The notes under the pieces were generated by a model that was given only the letters and a program-made list of their open reading frames with translations, was not told the DNA's origin and did not search any database. This document shows, in pieces, positions 55,215-64,000 of a stretch of 64,000 nt of DNA. Both the position numbers and the translations under genes were made by a program. The DNA is from an uncultured Myxococcales bacterium (GTDB lineage Bacteria > Myxococcota_A > Polyangia > JAAYKL01). Position 1 is the stretch's first letter; each line of letters starts with the position of its first letter. The stretch is from positions 14,942-78,941 of the forward strand of contig CAZHCG010000001.1 in assembly GCA_964530995.1 (NCBI GenBank), written 5' to 3'.

Positions 55215-57314
55215 GTGAACAATCGGTACTTTGTCAGCGACTACGAGCAGAATTTGTTTTCGACTCGGTACCGCGACTGCGACGCCGATCCGATGGAGAT
55301 GACCTGGGAGGACCGCATACGGAACGCCGTTCACGGCGTGACCAAGGACCGCCAGAGGCGCCGCGAGTACTACCACGCCTTCTCTCACGCCCGCATGATG
55401 ATGGGCTCTCCGCAACTCTGGAACTTCGGCAGCAACAAGCGGTTCCATCTCGCCGGTGGATCGTGCTACACGCTGGACATTCAGGATAGCCTGGACTCGT
55501 TCATCCAGGCGGAGACCGACGCCGTCACCGTCTACTCAGCGAGCGGCGGGGCGGGCTTCCGGTTCGACGGCATCAGGCCGCGCGGCTGCAAGATCGCCAA
55601 CACCAACTCGCCCGGCATCGGGGTGCTCGGCCACGGCGGCCCGCTGAGGGTGCTCGAGGCGAAGACCGGCTACATCACCAATGGCGGTCGAGAGCGCGGG
55701 GCGCTCATGGCACAGGTCGGGGCACGCCATCCCGATGCCGTCGAATTCATTCTCGCCAAGGTGCCCATCGACATCGGAGGCGGCGAGTTCATGCTGCCGC
55801 TGCAGAACTGCAACATGAGCATCCGCATCCCAGACGCGCTCATGCATGCGGCAGAGGTCGACGGCCCGTGGGTATTCTCATGGTTCAGCGAAGACCGTCC
55901 GCACGACGGCGATGACCCATGGACCAACCTCAACGGCGACGCGCTCGACGATCCAGACCTGGGTTACAACACCGGGCTGAAGGTCCAGTACACCGATCAA
56001 GGCGCGTTCCTGTTCCATGACCCCGACGCCGACTACCGCTACGGCGTGGTGCTCACGACGTGGGAGGGACTCAAGCGGAATCTCGAGCCGAACCCCAACA
56101 ACTGGAAAGACCTCGAATACAGCACGTTCTGGCGGCGCACCCTGGTGCCGTGGCTCAGACCGCTGCACGGCCCCATCATGGCAAGAGAGGTGCTCGACCT
56201 CATCTACACCGCCGCCCACCACTGCGCCGATCCTGGCATCGTCTTCGAAGACACCTACGAGCGTTGGAACCCGGTTCCACAGATGGGTGAACGCCTGAGC
56301 AACCCGTGCTCCGAGTTCCTCAACCCGCCTGACGGCTCCTGCAACCTTCTATCGCTCAACCTGCGAGCGATCACCGACGACCAACTCAGCGCCATGGCCC
56401 GCTTGGCCTGTCGGTGGGGCAATGACGCGCTAGACCACAGCGTGGCTCCGGTCAAGTCAGTGGACGCCAAGAGCAGGAGCTGTTACCGCACTGTGGGCAT
56501 CGGCATCATGGGGCTCGCCGAGATGCTCATGATGAAGCGCCTGACGTACGGTTCCAACGAGGCCATCTACGAGTCAGCGCGCGTCATGAGCGAGATCGCA
56601 CTCAGCGCCTGGGAGGAGAGCTTCAAGCTTGCCGAGGCCGGCCGCAGACAGCCCACGGCGTGGAACCGCGAGGCTATGGGCGAGATCTTCGAGGGCCGCC
56701 GTCGGCTGGCGATGAAGTACGGGCTCCCGTCCGACCACGTCAGGCGCTGGAACAACCTGATGGCACGCGCCTTGCTGGGAGATGTCGCCTGCAACACGGC
56801 GGTCACCAGCGTCGCACCTACGGGGAGCATCTCAATGATCGTGTCGTGGCTGATGAGCCGCGCCGCTGGGAGCAATATCGTCGTATCTAGTGGCATCGAG
56901 CCGGTGTTCTCGTTCGTAACGGATCGGAAGGACAACTCTGGGAAGGTGGAGGTCGTTCACGACATGGCCCCCGACAACGGGCACCATCACCCGTGGTTGA
57001 TCACAGCCGGAGAGGTCAGCCCAGAGAGGCACGTCGCCATGCAGGCGGCCATCGCCTCGTTCACCTGCATGTCCGTCAGCAAGACCATCAACCTGCCCAA
57101 TGACGCCCGAATTCGTGACGTACGCCAGGCCTACAGGGCTGCCTGGAAGCTGGGAGTGCCCGGAACGACCATCTTCAGGGATGGTTCGAAGCCCATGCAG
57201 GTCCTGACGGCGAAGGAATGCCCCTCCGGAGAGTGCGCAATCCCGCTAGCTGAGGCCCTGGCGGACCACACCCATGACAACATCAAGATAGCGTCAGATC
57301 TGAACTTACTGTAG
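55215..57314 (+). CDS. nrdJ: ribonucleotide reductase, class II (adenosylcobalamin-dependent NrdJ-like)
   Basis: Active-site SNPCSEFLNPPDGSCNL; SVSKTINLPND; ACGGAGG ribosome-binding site then GTG. Confidence 0.85.
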   Translation: MNNRYFVSDYEQNLFSTRYRDCDADPMEMTWEDRIRNAVHGVTKDRQRRREYYHAFSHARMMMGSPQLWNFGSNKRFHLAGGSCYTLDIQDSLDSFIQAETDAVTVYSASGGAGFRFDGIRPRGCKIANTNSPGIGVLGHGGPLRVLEAKTGYITNGGRERGALMAQVGARHPDAVEFILAKVPIDIGGGEFMLPLQNCNMSIRIPDALMHAAEVDGPWVFSWFSEDRPHDGDDPWTNLNGDALDDPDLGYNTGLKVQYTDQGAFLFHDPDADYRYGVVLTTWEGLKRNLEPNPNNWKDLEYSTFWRRTLVPWLRPLHGPIMAREVLDLIYTAAHHCADPGIVFEDTYERWNPVPQMGERLSNPCSEFLNPPDGSCNLLSLNLRAITDDQLSAMARLACRWGNDALDHSVAPVKSVDAKSRSCYRTVGIGIMGLAEMLMMKRLTYGSNEAIYESARVMSEIALSAWEESFKLAEAGRRQPTAWNREAMGEIFEGRRRLAMKYGLPSDHVRRWNNLMARALLGDVACNTAVTSVAPTGSISMIVSWLMSRAAGSNIVVSSGIEPVFSFVTDRKDNSGKVEVVHDMAPDNGHHHPWLITAGEVSPERHVAMQAAIASFTCMSVSKTINLPNDARIRDVRQAYRAAWKLGVPGTTIFRDGSKPMQVLTAKECPSGECAIPLAEALADHTHDNIKIASDLNLL

Positions 57315-57729
57315 GCTCATCAGGCTGCTCGACTTGAATCCACTTGGTAGAAACGTTGAGCCCAGCCAGGCCTAGAACTGCTGCAACTAAGACAATAATT
57401 ACAACAATCACCCAAGCCGGAACTCGCGTGGGCTTGTTCACCCGCTCAGTTAACCCGTCTACCTTTCGACATACCGACTCGAGCTGACCCTTGATCGTGG
57501 CGTGGTCTGTCGATATCTGATCGACCTTGCCGACCATATCGATTCGACCTTCAGACGATACTCTAAGGTGGGTTGAGACAGCGGCGGTTAGTTCGCTGAC
57601 GGTTTTGACGGTCTCGCGCTCCAGATCGTCTCGCGACTGGTCGCGATCTAACAGGCGGTTGAGCAGATCCACCAAAAGGCGGTCATCTCTCGACTCCGAC
57701 GAAGGCTGATTCTCCTGGTCTTCCGGCAT
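57283..57729 (-). CDS. coiled-coil protein with a C-terminal transmembrane helix
   Basis: C-terminal WVIVVIIVLVAAVLGLAGL; AT-richer codons; its 3' end overlaps the reductase gene convergently by 32 nt. Confidence 0.4.
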   Translation of the reverse strand: MPEDQENQPSSESRDDRLLVDLLNRLLDRDQSRDDLERETVKTVSELTAAVSTHLRVSSEGRIDMVGKVDQISTDHATIKGQLESVCRKVDGLTERVNKPTRVPAWVIVVIIVLVAAVLGLAGLNVSTKWIQVEQPDEPTVSSDLTLS

Positions 57730-57871
57730 CCTCTTCCGATTCCTCGTCAGGGTCGATAGAAACGCTCTCTCGTACCCGCCTAATACGATCGATACGCTGC
57801 CGCGACTTCCTGTTACGCTGATCGATCGCCTCAGTGACCTCTTGTATCTTGGTCCTCAGCGACTCGTTCAT
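57683..57871 (-). CDS. small charged protein (62 aa)
   Basis: ATGA overlap with the upstream gene; it overlaps the downstream start, so the call is uncertain. Confidence 0.3.
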   Translation of the reverse strand: MNESLRTKIQEVTEAIDQRNRKSRQRIDRIRRVRESVSIDPDEESEEDAGRPGESAFVGVER

Positions 57872-58263
57872 TGGTCCTTGTCCACGAAGTCTTTGATCAC
57901 AGGCGCCACCGAAGCACCTAACTTGATGACCGTGCCCACGACCTCCATGACCTCGCCGAACGTCGGAGGGCTTATCCCCTGCGCCTTCCGACACTCTGAA
58001 TTGACACGAATGTTCGCCCCCGCGACGAACGCACCCATCCACTTCCAGTACCAAGTGGTCGAATTTCTGCTCGGGCGCCAAACGTAGAATCCGGCACCGT
58101 GCCAGCTCACCGTACCCCCGCCAAGGTCGCCTACGTCGTACGCGTAGGTGACACGAGCCTCTTCCCACTCGCCGCCGATGTTACGGAAGCGGGTTTCGAA
58201 ACGCCCAGCTGCGCGCTCGCGGTCGCGCACGGTGAGGCGTGGGACCTTGGCGGGGGCAGGCAC
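57868..58263 (-). CDS. hypothetical Trp-rich protein
   Basis: GTG start 4 nt after the previous stop. Confidence 0.45.
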   Translation of the reverse strand: MPAPAKVPRLTVRDRERAAGRFETRFRNIGGEWEEARVTYAYDVGDLGGGTVSWHGAGFYVWRPSRNSTTWYWKWMGAFVAGANIRVNSECRKAQGISPPTFGEVMEVVGTVIKLGASVAPVIKDFVDKDQ

Positions 58264-58267
58264 TCGA

Positions 58268-58954
58268 TCAGTTCCCGCAGTCCAGGCCGCAGCCCGAGTA
58301 CTTGACGGTGAACGTGGGCACCACGCTGGTGTCAGCGCCGTTGGCCGCGTCGATCACCGTCTGGGTCATGAGCTGCTGAAACCCTTCGTCCTCGTCTCCG
58401 AGGACCGAGATGACGATCTTTCCCGCGATGCAGCCGTCGCCCTCCTCGGGTAGGTTCTGCTCGATGAGCCCCTTGGTCGCCAGAACGCCGATCGGAACGA
58501 GTCCTTTGATCACCGCCTCGGCGTTGGGATCCGGCTCGGTGGGCGGCCACGGGTCGGGCTTGCCTTCCATCGTCATGCACCGGCTGAAGTCCAGAGGCCC
58601 ACCCTTCACGGTGAACTCGCAGTCCGGGTTCTCGGCCTCGGCGACGATCTCCGGCACGGTGGAGATCATCATGTCCAACCCCTGACGACCGCCGTCCGCG
58701 GCCATGCACGGGTGGAACCGCGGCGGCTTGTCGATGGTGCCCAGCGCCTCGGCGACGTCGATACCCGCCTTGCCGGCGTTGAACCCAGCGATCAGCGCGT
58801 CACCCACGTCCCCCGGTGCCGGGGTGGCTGGCTCCGCAGTAGGCTCCTCGGTGACCGGCTCCGTGGCATCATCGTCGTCCCCGGGGCATCCAGGGTTTCC
58901 CAATCCGAAGACTGGGACCATCATGAGCATCAAGATCAATGCGACTCGTTTCAT
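58268..58954 (-). CDS. secreted or lipoprotein-like protein
   Basis: Signal peptide MKRVALILMLMMVPVFGLGNPGC with a Cys after the hydrophobic core; Asp/Pro-rich linker. Confidence 0.55.
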   Translation of the reverse strand: MKRVALILMLMMVPVFGLGNPGCPGDDDDATEPVTEEPTAEPATPAPGDVGDALIAGFNAGKAGIDVAEALGTIDKPPRFHPCMAADGGRQGLDMMISTVPEIVAEAENPDCEFTVKGGPLDFSRCMTMEGKPDPWPPTEPDPNAEAVIKGLVPIGVLATKGLIEQNLPEEGDGCIAGKIVISVLGDEDEGFQQLMTQTVIDAANGADTSVVPTFTVKYSGCGLDCGN

Positions 58955-58984
58955 GGCGTTTGCCCTCCTCTCGTGTCGCGGTGG

Positions 58985-60175
58985 TCACGTGGCGGGAGTC
59001 ATCACAGGCTCTTCAACGATCCTGATGGATTTCAGGCTCGTGAGCCACCCGCCTGTACTCAGCTGGTGCTCGACCATTAACGGCAACCAATATCCCTTAT
59101 CGACTGCCGCCATGTTTCCTTCGAGTATCACAGCTTGGTACGGCCACAGGTCGTAATGCCCATCAACCTTAGCCGTGCAGTACCTGCTCAACTTCTCCCT
59201 AAGCTCGAACCAACGACGCGCTAAGTCCTCGGCGCTAGCCTCATCCTTGTACCTGCCGCTGGCGAGCACGTCGTGTCGTTCCTTCTTGCCATACCCGCGC
59301 TGTTCAACGACAGACAGTGTCATACCGCCGGTCGTAGACTCAGACTGAATGCCCTGCGTCGCCACCGGGCCCTCATACACCAACGTTGGGTCTCCACCGA
59401 AGGCGTCGAGTTCAAACACCTTCTCGACAAATTCGCCGAGTCCTGGGTCGAATGACGTCACCGACACCTTGGTGTTTGTCATTCCACCCTCGCGGTTGGG
59501 CTTGAACTGATGTAGGCGTCGCCAGTTGGGGCTATCGGTAGGAGACCCCCTGGTGAACGTCATGGCATTCGTCGCCTCTGGCGTAGGCATCATCAGCGTT
59601 CCACCGCCACCGTCGAAATTGAGGCGTGGTGCGCCGAGGCGAGCCTCTGTGGCGATGAGCTTGAGGAACTCCAGGTCCGATGTTCCTGCCTCTTTGAGTC
59701 GACGCGCTGGGTCAGCGAGCTCCTCCTCAATGCCGTTGCTCCAGCCGTATTCAGCGCAGAGTTCAGCGAGGATAGACGAATCGCTGCCAGAATCGAACGT
59801 CCTGGGCTCCTTATTGCGTGCGGCTCTGGCGAGGTCCGACACTCCGCGGACCGTCATCATCGCCGCACCCTTCTCAGGGTAATTGGTGCTAGTTGAAACG
59901 ATCTCGAACTTCTGAATCACTTGGACGTCATTATCGTACCCCATCCCGATGACCAATGTGCCACCTACCTGCCACACAGGCATGTCAGGGCGCCACTCTC
60001 CGTCGTCATCCTGCCGTGCCGGAAGGTTGAGGTGGAGTTCATCAGCTGACCCAAGGTTGAGGCGCAGCTTCAGACTAGTGAGGCCAGTCCAATCGACGTC
60101 TGTGGCGCCTTCGGTCTTGATAGAGACCTGAGCGTGCACCTCCTCGGTGCCGTCGCCGATGAGGACGTCGACCAT
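58985..60175 (-). CDS. tail protein, P2 gpD-like by position and size
   Basis: 396 aa, last gene of an E-E'-T-U-D order. Confidence 0.5.
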   Translation of the reverse strand: MVDVLIGDGTEEVHAQVSIKTEGATDVDWTGLTSLKLRLNLGSADELHLNLPARQDDDGEWRPDMPVWQVGGTLVIGMGYDNDVQVIQKFEIVSTSTNYPEKGAAMMTVRGVSDLARAARNKEPRTFDSGSDSSILAELCAEYGWSNGIEEELADPARRLKEAGTSDLEFLKLIATEARLGAPRLNFDGGGGTLMMPTPEATNAMTFTRGSPTDSPNWRRLHQFKPNREGGMTNTKVSVTSFDPGLGEFVEKVFELDAFGGDPTLVYEGPVATQGIQSESTTGGMTLSVVEQRGYGKKERHDVLASGRYKDEASAEDLARRWFELREKLSRYCTAKVDGHYDLWPYQAVILEGNMAAVDKGYWLPLMVEHQLSTGGWLTSLKSIRIVEEPVMTPAT

Positions 60176-60176
60176 C

Positions 60177-60899
60177 TCACAGGCCCTCTATGGCGTCTGT
60201 TGTGTCGTAGAATGGGGCGATATCGACGAGTTTGGTGATCTCTGGGTTGTAGCGCCGAGGCAGTTCGAGAGTGAAGTCCTCCTCCTCAGCGTCATCGGCA
60301 GGCTCTTCAGCCGGGAACTTCTTCGTCCCCTGGTTGTACAGCATGACGGAGTGCGCGTACCGAGCGTCGCCATACTGACGCCGACAGATGTCCTCGAACG
60401 ACAGATGCTCCGTCCACTGGACGAAGTTGGTTGACACCGGAAGTTCGAACGAGTTGGGGATGATGGTGATCTCGACCTGAACTGGACCCATCTCGCGAAC
60501 GATGCGAGTATTCTCCCAATGGTCCATTCTCGCCTTCGGGATATTGGTGATGTATCCCTCGACGATGGTCAGGCCGTGAATGAAGAAGACGCGCGGCGGG
60601 CGCCCAAGCACCGAGTCCACGCTGGCGAGCTCGTTGAGCTTCTCCCATGAAGCGCTGGGGTACAGGTCTGCGACGTTGGCTGCGATGGCGTGGTAAAGGA
60701 ACGTCAGCGTCTCATGACCCTTGCCGACATACTTCATCCATGGGTTTCCGCCGGCGATCCCAGGCTTTTTGACCCAGATCGGCTTACCACCGTCTACCGT
60801 TGGGTCAGGGTCGAACTGTCCCATGAGCGGTAGATCGAACGAGCTGTCAGCATTGATGATCATCCACGTCGGAACGCTATAGATTGGGAACGGCAGCAT
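60177..60899 (-). CDS. tail protein, gpU-like by position
   Basis: 240 aa, directly downstream of the tape measure gene. Confidence 0.45.
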   Translation of the reverse strand: MLPFPIYSVPTWMIINADSSFDLPLMGQFDPDPTVDGGKPIWVKKPGIAGGNPWMKYVGKGHETLTFLYHAIAANVADLYPSASWEKLNELASVDSVLGRPPRVFFIHGLTIVEGYITNIPKARMDHWENTRIVREMGPVQVEITIIPNSFELPVSTNFVQWTEHLSFEDICRRQYGDARYAHSVMLYNQGTKKFPAEEPADDAEEEDFTLELPRRYNPEITKLVDIAPFYDTTDAIEGL

Positions 60900-60902
60900 G
60901 CA

Positions 60903-63377
60903 TCAGCTCCTCCCGGCGACCTCAGCCAGAGTTACCGTTCGAATCCTGGAGCCCTCCATGACGAACCCCATCTCCTCCGGTGTGAGCGGGTCTCCGCCGC
61001 GTCCTGCGTTACGGCCGCGCATCTCGGTCTCAGCCAGGCCGGTGGCAATAGTCTCGCCATCCATGTTGACTTCGACCGGCTGTTCGGTCTTGATCTCGGC
61101 CTCCAGTTGAATATTGAGCGGCTTGAGGAACTCGCCTCGAGTCTCAAGGAGACCTTCATCGGTCTTGAGCTGCGCCGCACTCTCGATGAGCCCGGCACCG
61201 GCTTGACGCAATTTGGTGGCCAGCTTCTCTGACAGTGGCGCGATTTTATTGCTGAACTCGATGAGAGTTTCAGCCACCATCGTACTCAGCTGGATGATGA
61301 TGCCTTTGAATGGCGTGACGACGATATCGAACAGCCCGAGCATGAAGACCTTGAGGTTCTCCTGAGCGTCTCCCGTGCCAGACATTAGGTCCCAAAACGC
61401 CTTTGACACCCTCTTGACATCACTGATGAAGCTGTTGATGAACGTGCGGTTTCGTTTCAGGAACAGGTTCATCCTGTCGATCGCCCAGACGACGGCGTCA
61501 ACGGCAGCGAGCAGGATGGTTCCGAGTACGTTGCCCAACTTCGTGCCTATGACGATTAACTGCTCCATCGTGGGCGCGCCACCCGGCCCGGCGATGGTCG
61601 CGAACAGCTCAGCGACGGTCGGGCGCAAGCGCGCGAACGCCTCCTCGAGCGCCTCCCACGCGGGCAAGAACGCATGAGCCAGGGCATTCCAGAACGCATC
61701 CAAGAACACCTTGAACTTTTCCCACATCGGCATGAACCACGCCTTCAACGTGGCACCGAGCCGCTTCATCGTCTCGCCGACGGACTCGCCCTCCTTCCTG
61801 AAGAGCATGAACCCAAACGCCACGGTAGCAATGATCGGCAGCAGCATCAGGGCGAATGCCGCAGCAATTGCGCCGGCAATGAGGATCGCCTGGCCGCCGA
61901 TCATTGCGAGTACGATCACAATGGATAGCAGTGCACCGGCAATTGTGGCGCTGCCAATTACGAATGCTGTAGAGAGCACACCGAACCAAAGGATCGCCGT
62001 CTGAACGCCCTCTGGGATCTTGTTCCACGTGCCGAGCAGCCATTTGCCAGTATCTACGGCGATATTCTTGAACTTCACCATCAGGTCAATCGCCTGTTTG
62101 ATGAACTCCGCCAGTGCGAACATCCACGTGTCACCGATGGCCGCCTCGTCTAGGTCTCCCTTGATCGTAGCCCTGAGGATCTTGCCGAATGTCTGCAGAG
62201 ACTTGATGCCGTCGTCGAGCAGTCCCTTGATGTTGAGCCGCTCGGTGAGCACGTCGCCGATGTCCAACAGAATCTGCTCGACGTTGTCCTTGAGGGTAGA
62301 CATCTTGCCGCTGATGGTGCCAGACAATGCCTCTACGAGGTCTCGACCGCCGGTCAAACTGGTAAACTGCTTCTCGACCTCTTCCAATACGGCTTTACCG
62401 TACGCCTCTCCTCCCGGCTTCCCGAACTCTTTGAACTGCTCAGCGCGCAGTGCCAGCCCGTACTGCTTGAGCGATTCGAACTCGCCGAACGCCGCAGACA
62501 CGAATGCCCGTGACACGTCCTCCACCTTGGTGCCGGGCTTGATGGCTGCGACGTTGGACGCGAGCTTGAACAGCCGCTTGTTCTCATCGACATTTTGCTT
62601 AGTGATCGTGAGCAGACGCCTCGAGCCAGCGATGATGTCCGCCCGCTGGAAAGGAGTCCTGGCGGCGAACTCGGTGATGTCCTCGATGAGCGCTCGACTC
62701 TTCTTGGCGTCACCGAGCATGATGTCGAATGTGACCTTCGAATCCTCCATCTGGCGCGACAGGTCGAACGCGCGTTGGAACATCCCCTTCGCGCCTTCCA
62801 GCAGCTTGCCCCCGGACAGCGCGGCGAATACGCCACCGGCAGCAAATGCGAGACTAGACAGCGCACCACCTACGGATCTGGCTGCAGTACCGATCTTCCT
62901 CAAGCCCGCTACGGCGCGCTGAGTGCGCATCCTGACAGGCTTATTGGATGACCGACGGAACATGCGAATCCAGCCGCGAGCCTCCTTCAGAGCCGCTGTG
63001 AAGGCATTGACAGCGCGAATCTGCATCATCCGCTTTTGGCGCTGCTGCTGCATCGCCTTTGCCTCGAGCCGAGTTTGAAGCCTACTCGCTCGAATTGCAT
63101 CAGCTTTCTTCTGAAGAGCAACGCGACTGATTGTAAGCTGGTTGTGTTCCTCCTTGGTGATTGAGACGATCTTGCCCTTGCCATTGATCAACTTCCGCAT
63201 CTTGGTGCTGTTAATCTCGGCAGCTTTGGCTTCCTTCAAGATGGCGTCTTCGGCCTTATGTGTCGCCAGCTGATCCTGCGCCATCTTGGCGGCTTTGGCC
63301 TTCTTGCGGTACTGCGCGAGCCCCCTAATCGCGTTGGAGGTCGACAGAACCACTTTTCCGACGATTGAAAACGCCAT
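60903..63377 (-). CDS. tail tape measure protein
   Basis: 824 aa; long alpha-helical K/A/Q-rich regions plus a central cluster of hydrophobic helices (ILWFGVLSTAFVIGSATIAGALLSIVIVLAMIGGQAILIAGAIAAAFALMLLPII). Confidence 0.85.
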   Translation of the reverse strand: MAFSIVGKVVLSTSNAIRGLAQYRKKAKAAKMAQDQLATHKAEDAILKEAKAAEINSTKMRKLINGKGKIVSITKEEHNQLTISRVALQKKADAIRASRLQTRLEAKAMQQQRQKRMMQIRAVNAFTAALKEARGWIRMFRRSSNKPVRMRTQRAVAGLRKIGTAARSVGGALSSLAFAAGGVFAALSGGKLLEGAKGMFQRAFDLSRQMEDSKVTFDIMLGDAKKSRALIEDITEFAARTPFQRADIIAGSRRLLTITKQNVDENKRLFKLASNVAAIKPGTKVEDVSRAFVSAAFGEFESLKQYGLALRAEQFKEFGKPGGEAYGKAVLEEVEKQFTSLTGGRDLVEALSGTISGKMSTLKDNVEQILLDIGDVLTERLNIKGLLDDGIKSLQTFGKILRATIKGDLDEAAIGDTWMFALAEFIKQAIDLMVKFKNIAVDTGKWLLGTWNKIPEGVQTAILWFGVLSTAFVIGSATIAGALLSIVIVLAMIGGQAILIAGAIAAAFALMLLPIIATVAFGFMLFRKEGESVGETMKRLGATLKAWFMPMWEKFKVFLDAFWNALAHAFLPAWEALEEAFARLRPTVAELFATIAGPGGAPTMEQLIVIGTKLGNVLGTILLAAVDAVVWAIDRMNLFLKRNRTFINSFISDVKRVSKAFWDLMSGTGDAQENLKVFMLGLFDIVVTPFKGIIIQLSTMVAETLIEFSNKIAPLSEKLATKLRQAGAGLIESAAQLKTDEGLLETRGEFLKPLNIQLEAEIKTEQPVEVNMDGETIATGLAETEMRGRNAGRGGDPLTPEEMGFVMEGSRIRTVTLAEVAGRS

Positions 63378-63641
63378 CTAAATATCGTCCAAAGCCCTCT
63401 TCACTGACTGTATGTCCCTCGACAGCTTGCGCAGCCAGTATCGGACGAATGTGAGGCGCTGCCTCTTGAGCTCTTCTGGCCCCATCATACAGAACCCCGC
63501 CGAACCCTGGCTGGGGATGCCGGTCATGAACTGATACGCTATCCCTGCATAGTCCTCCAACTCCAACCGGTAAACCGGCGGATCGGCTATGACGTTCAGC
63601 CCGCTACCTGCTCGAAAGGGACTTCGGACTCCGAGCCACAC
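63378..63641 (-). CDS. tail assembly chaperone, -1 frameshift extension (E'-like, expressed as a fusion with 63596..63955)
   Basis: Overlaps the upstream chaperone ORF in the -1 frame; slippery CCCTTTC lies in the overlap; directly upstream of the tape measure gene. Confidence 0.6.
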   Translation of the reverse strand: MWLGVRSPFRAGSGLNVIADPPVYRLELEDYAGIAYQFMTGIPSQGSAGFCMMGPEELKRQRLTFVRYWLRKLSRDIQSVKRALDDI

Positions 63642-63955
63642 TCAGAGCACGTGATCACCATCGAGCTGTCAATGCTCGGCACGTTGTCGTCCAGGCACTG
63701 GGCGATGGCGTGGACGCCTCGCATCTTGATCTTGACCGCCTCGGTGCGTGAGACCTGCCGTGGCGCCTTGCCCTCCTTGTTCTGGGCGTACAGCGCGCAC
63801 AGCGAACGGTAGATCCGAATCGCATCCGGCTTGTCCCACGAGTTCTCCGGGATGTTCTTGCGCGCGGCGATCCACGTCGGCTCTCCCACCAGGATCGTGT
63901 TGCCCTTGAGGCTGGTGGGAAGCATGTCGTCGTTCAGGCCGTCGACTTCAAACAT
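63596..63955 (-). CDS. tail assembly chaperone (gpE/gpG-like)
   Basis: Position upstream of the tape measure gene; overlapping frameshift partner. Confidence 0.65.
   Translation of the reverse strand: MFEVDGLNDDMLPTSLKGNTILVGEPTWIAARKNIPENSWDKPDAIRIYRSLCALYAQNKEGKAPRQVSRTEAVKIKMRGVHAIAQCLDDNVPSIDSSMVITCSECGSESEVPFEQVAG
63614..63620 (-). promoter_or_regulatory. -1 programmed ribosomal frameshift slippery heptamer C CCT TTC
   Basis: X XXY YYZ pattern in the 0 frame, within the 46-nt overlap of the two chaperone ORFs. Confidence 0.55.
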
Positions 63956-64000
63956 CGGGAACGGGCCAGACGGCTTCGACTCACGGCGCGATACCCCGAT

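Noticed and set aside
54053-55222. 389-aa minus-strand ORF
   Set aside because: Antisense to the FEN-type exonuclease gene; no ribosome-binding site; composition is an antisense artifact.

Overview
This window reads as a densely packed double-stranded DNA phage genome segment with about 65 % GC, most likely from a phage of an actinobacterial host. Almost every gene from 1 to 57300 is on the + strand, separated by short gaps, ATGA/GTGA overlaps or AGGAGG-type ribosome-binding sites; the last 6.7 kb holds a minus-strand contractile-tail module of the P2 type. Recognisable gene blocks are: (i) early and replication genes (endolysin, SNF2-like helicase, zinc-binding/TOPRIM/P-loop primase-helicase, PolA-family polymerase, NAD-dependent ligase, FEN-type 5'-3' exonuclease, VRR-NUC nuclease and a Cas4-like nuclease); (ii) a large nucleotide-metabolism and DNA-modification set (class II ribonucleotide reductase, thymidylate kinase, dCMP deaminase, MazG-like pyrophosphohydrolase, a ThyA-like enzyme whose pyrimidine-discriminating Asn is replaced by Asp, a P-loop kinase, a class-I SAM methyltransferase, a GT4 glycosyltransferase and two paralogous C5-methyltransferase-fold proteins, one with motif PC and one with PY); (iii) a single-chain type IIB topoisomerase-like protein (Topo VI-B-like GHKL ATPase fused to a Spo11/Topo VI-A-like winged-helix and TOPRIM region) next to a DinG/XPD-type iron-sulfur helicase; (iv) baseplate and tail-fibre-like genes, a terminase large subunit, and a P2-like minus-strand tail cluster with a -1 programmed frameshift in the tail-assembly chaperone. 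A recurring extended -10 promoter motif (TGnTATAAT / TGATATACT) with no obvious -35 precedes at least ten operons, and some transcripts look leaderless. I found no rRNA, tRNA or CRISPR array. The two strongest candidates for something new are a T-even-like cytosine-replacement and modification toolkit in a high-GC phage, and the fused type IIB topoisomerase with its helicase partner. All functional calls rest on motif reading only; no database search was run.
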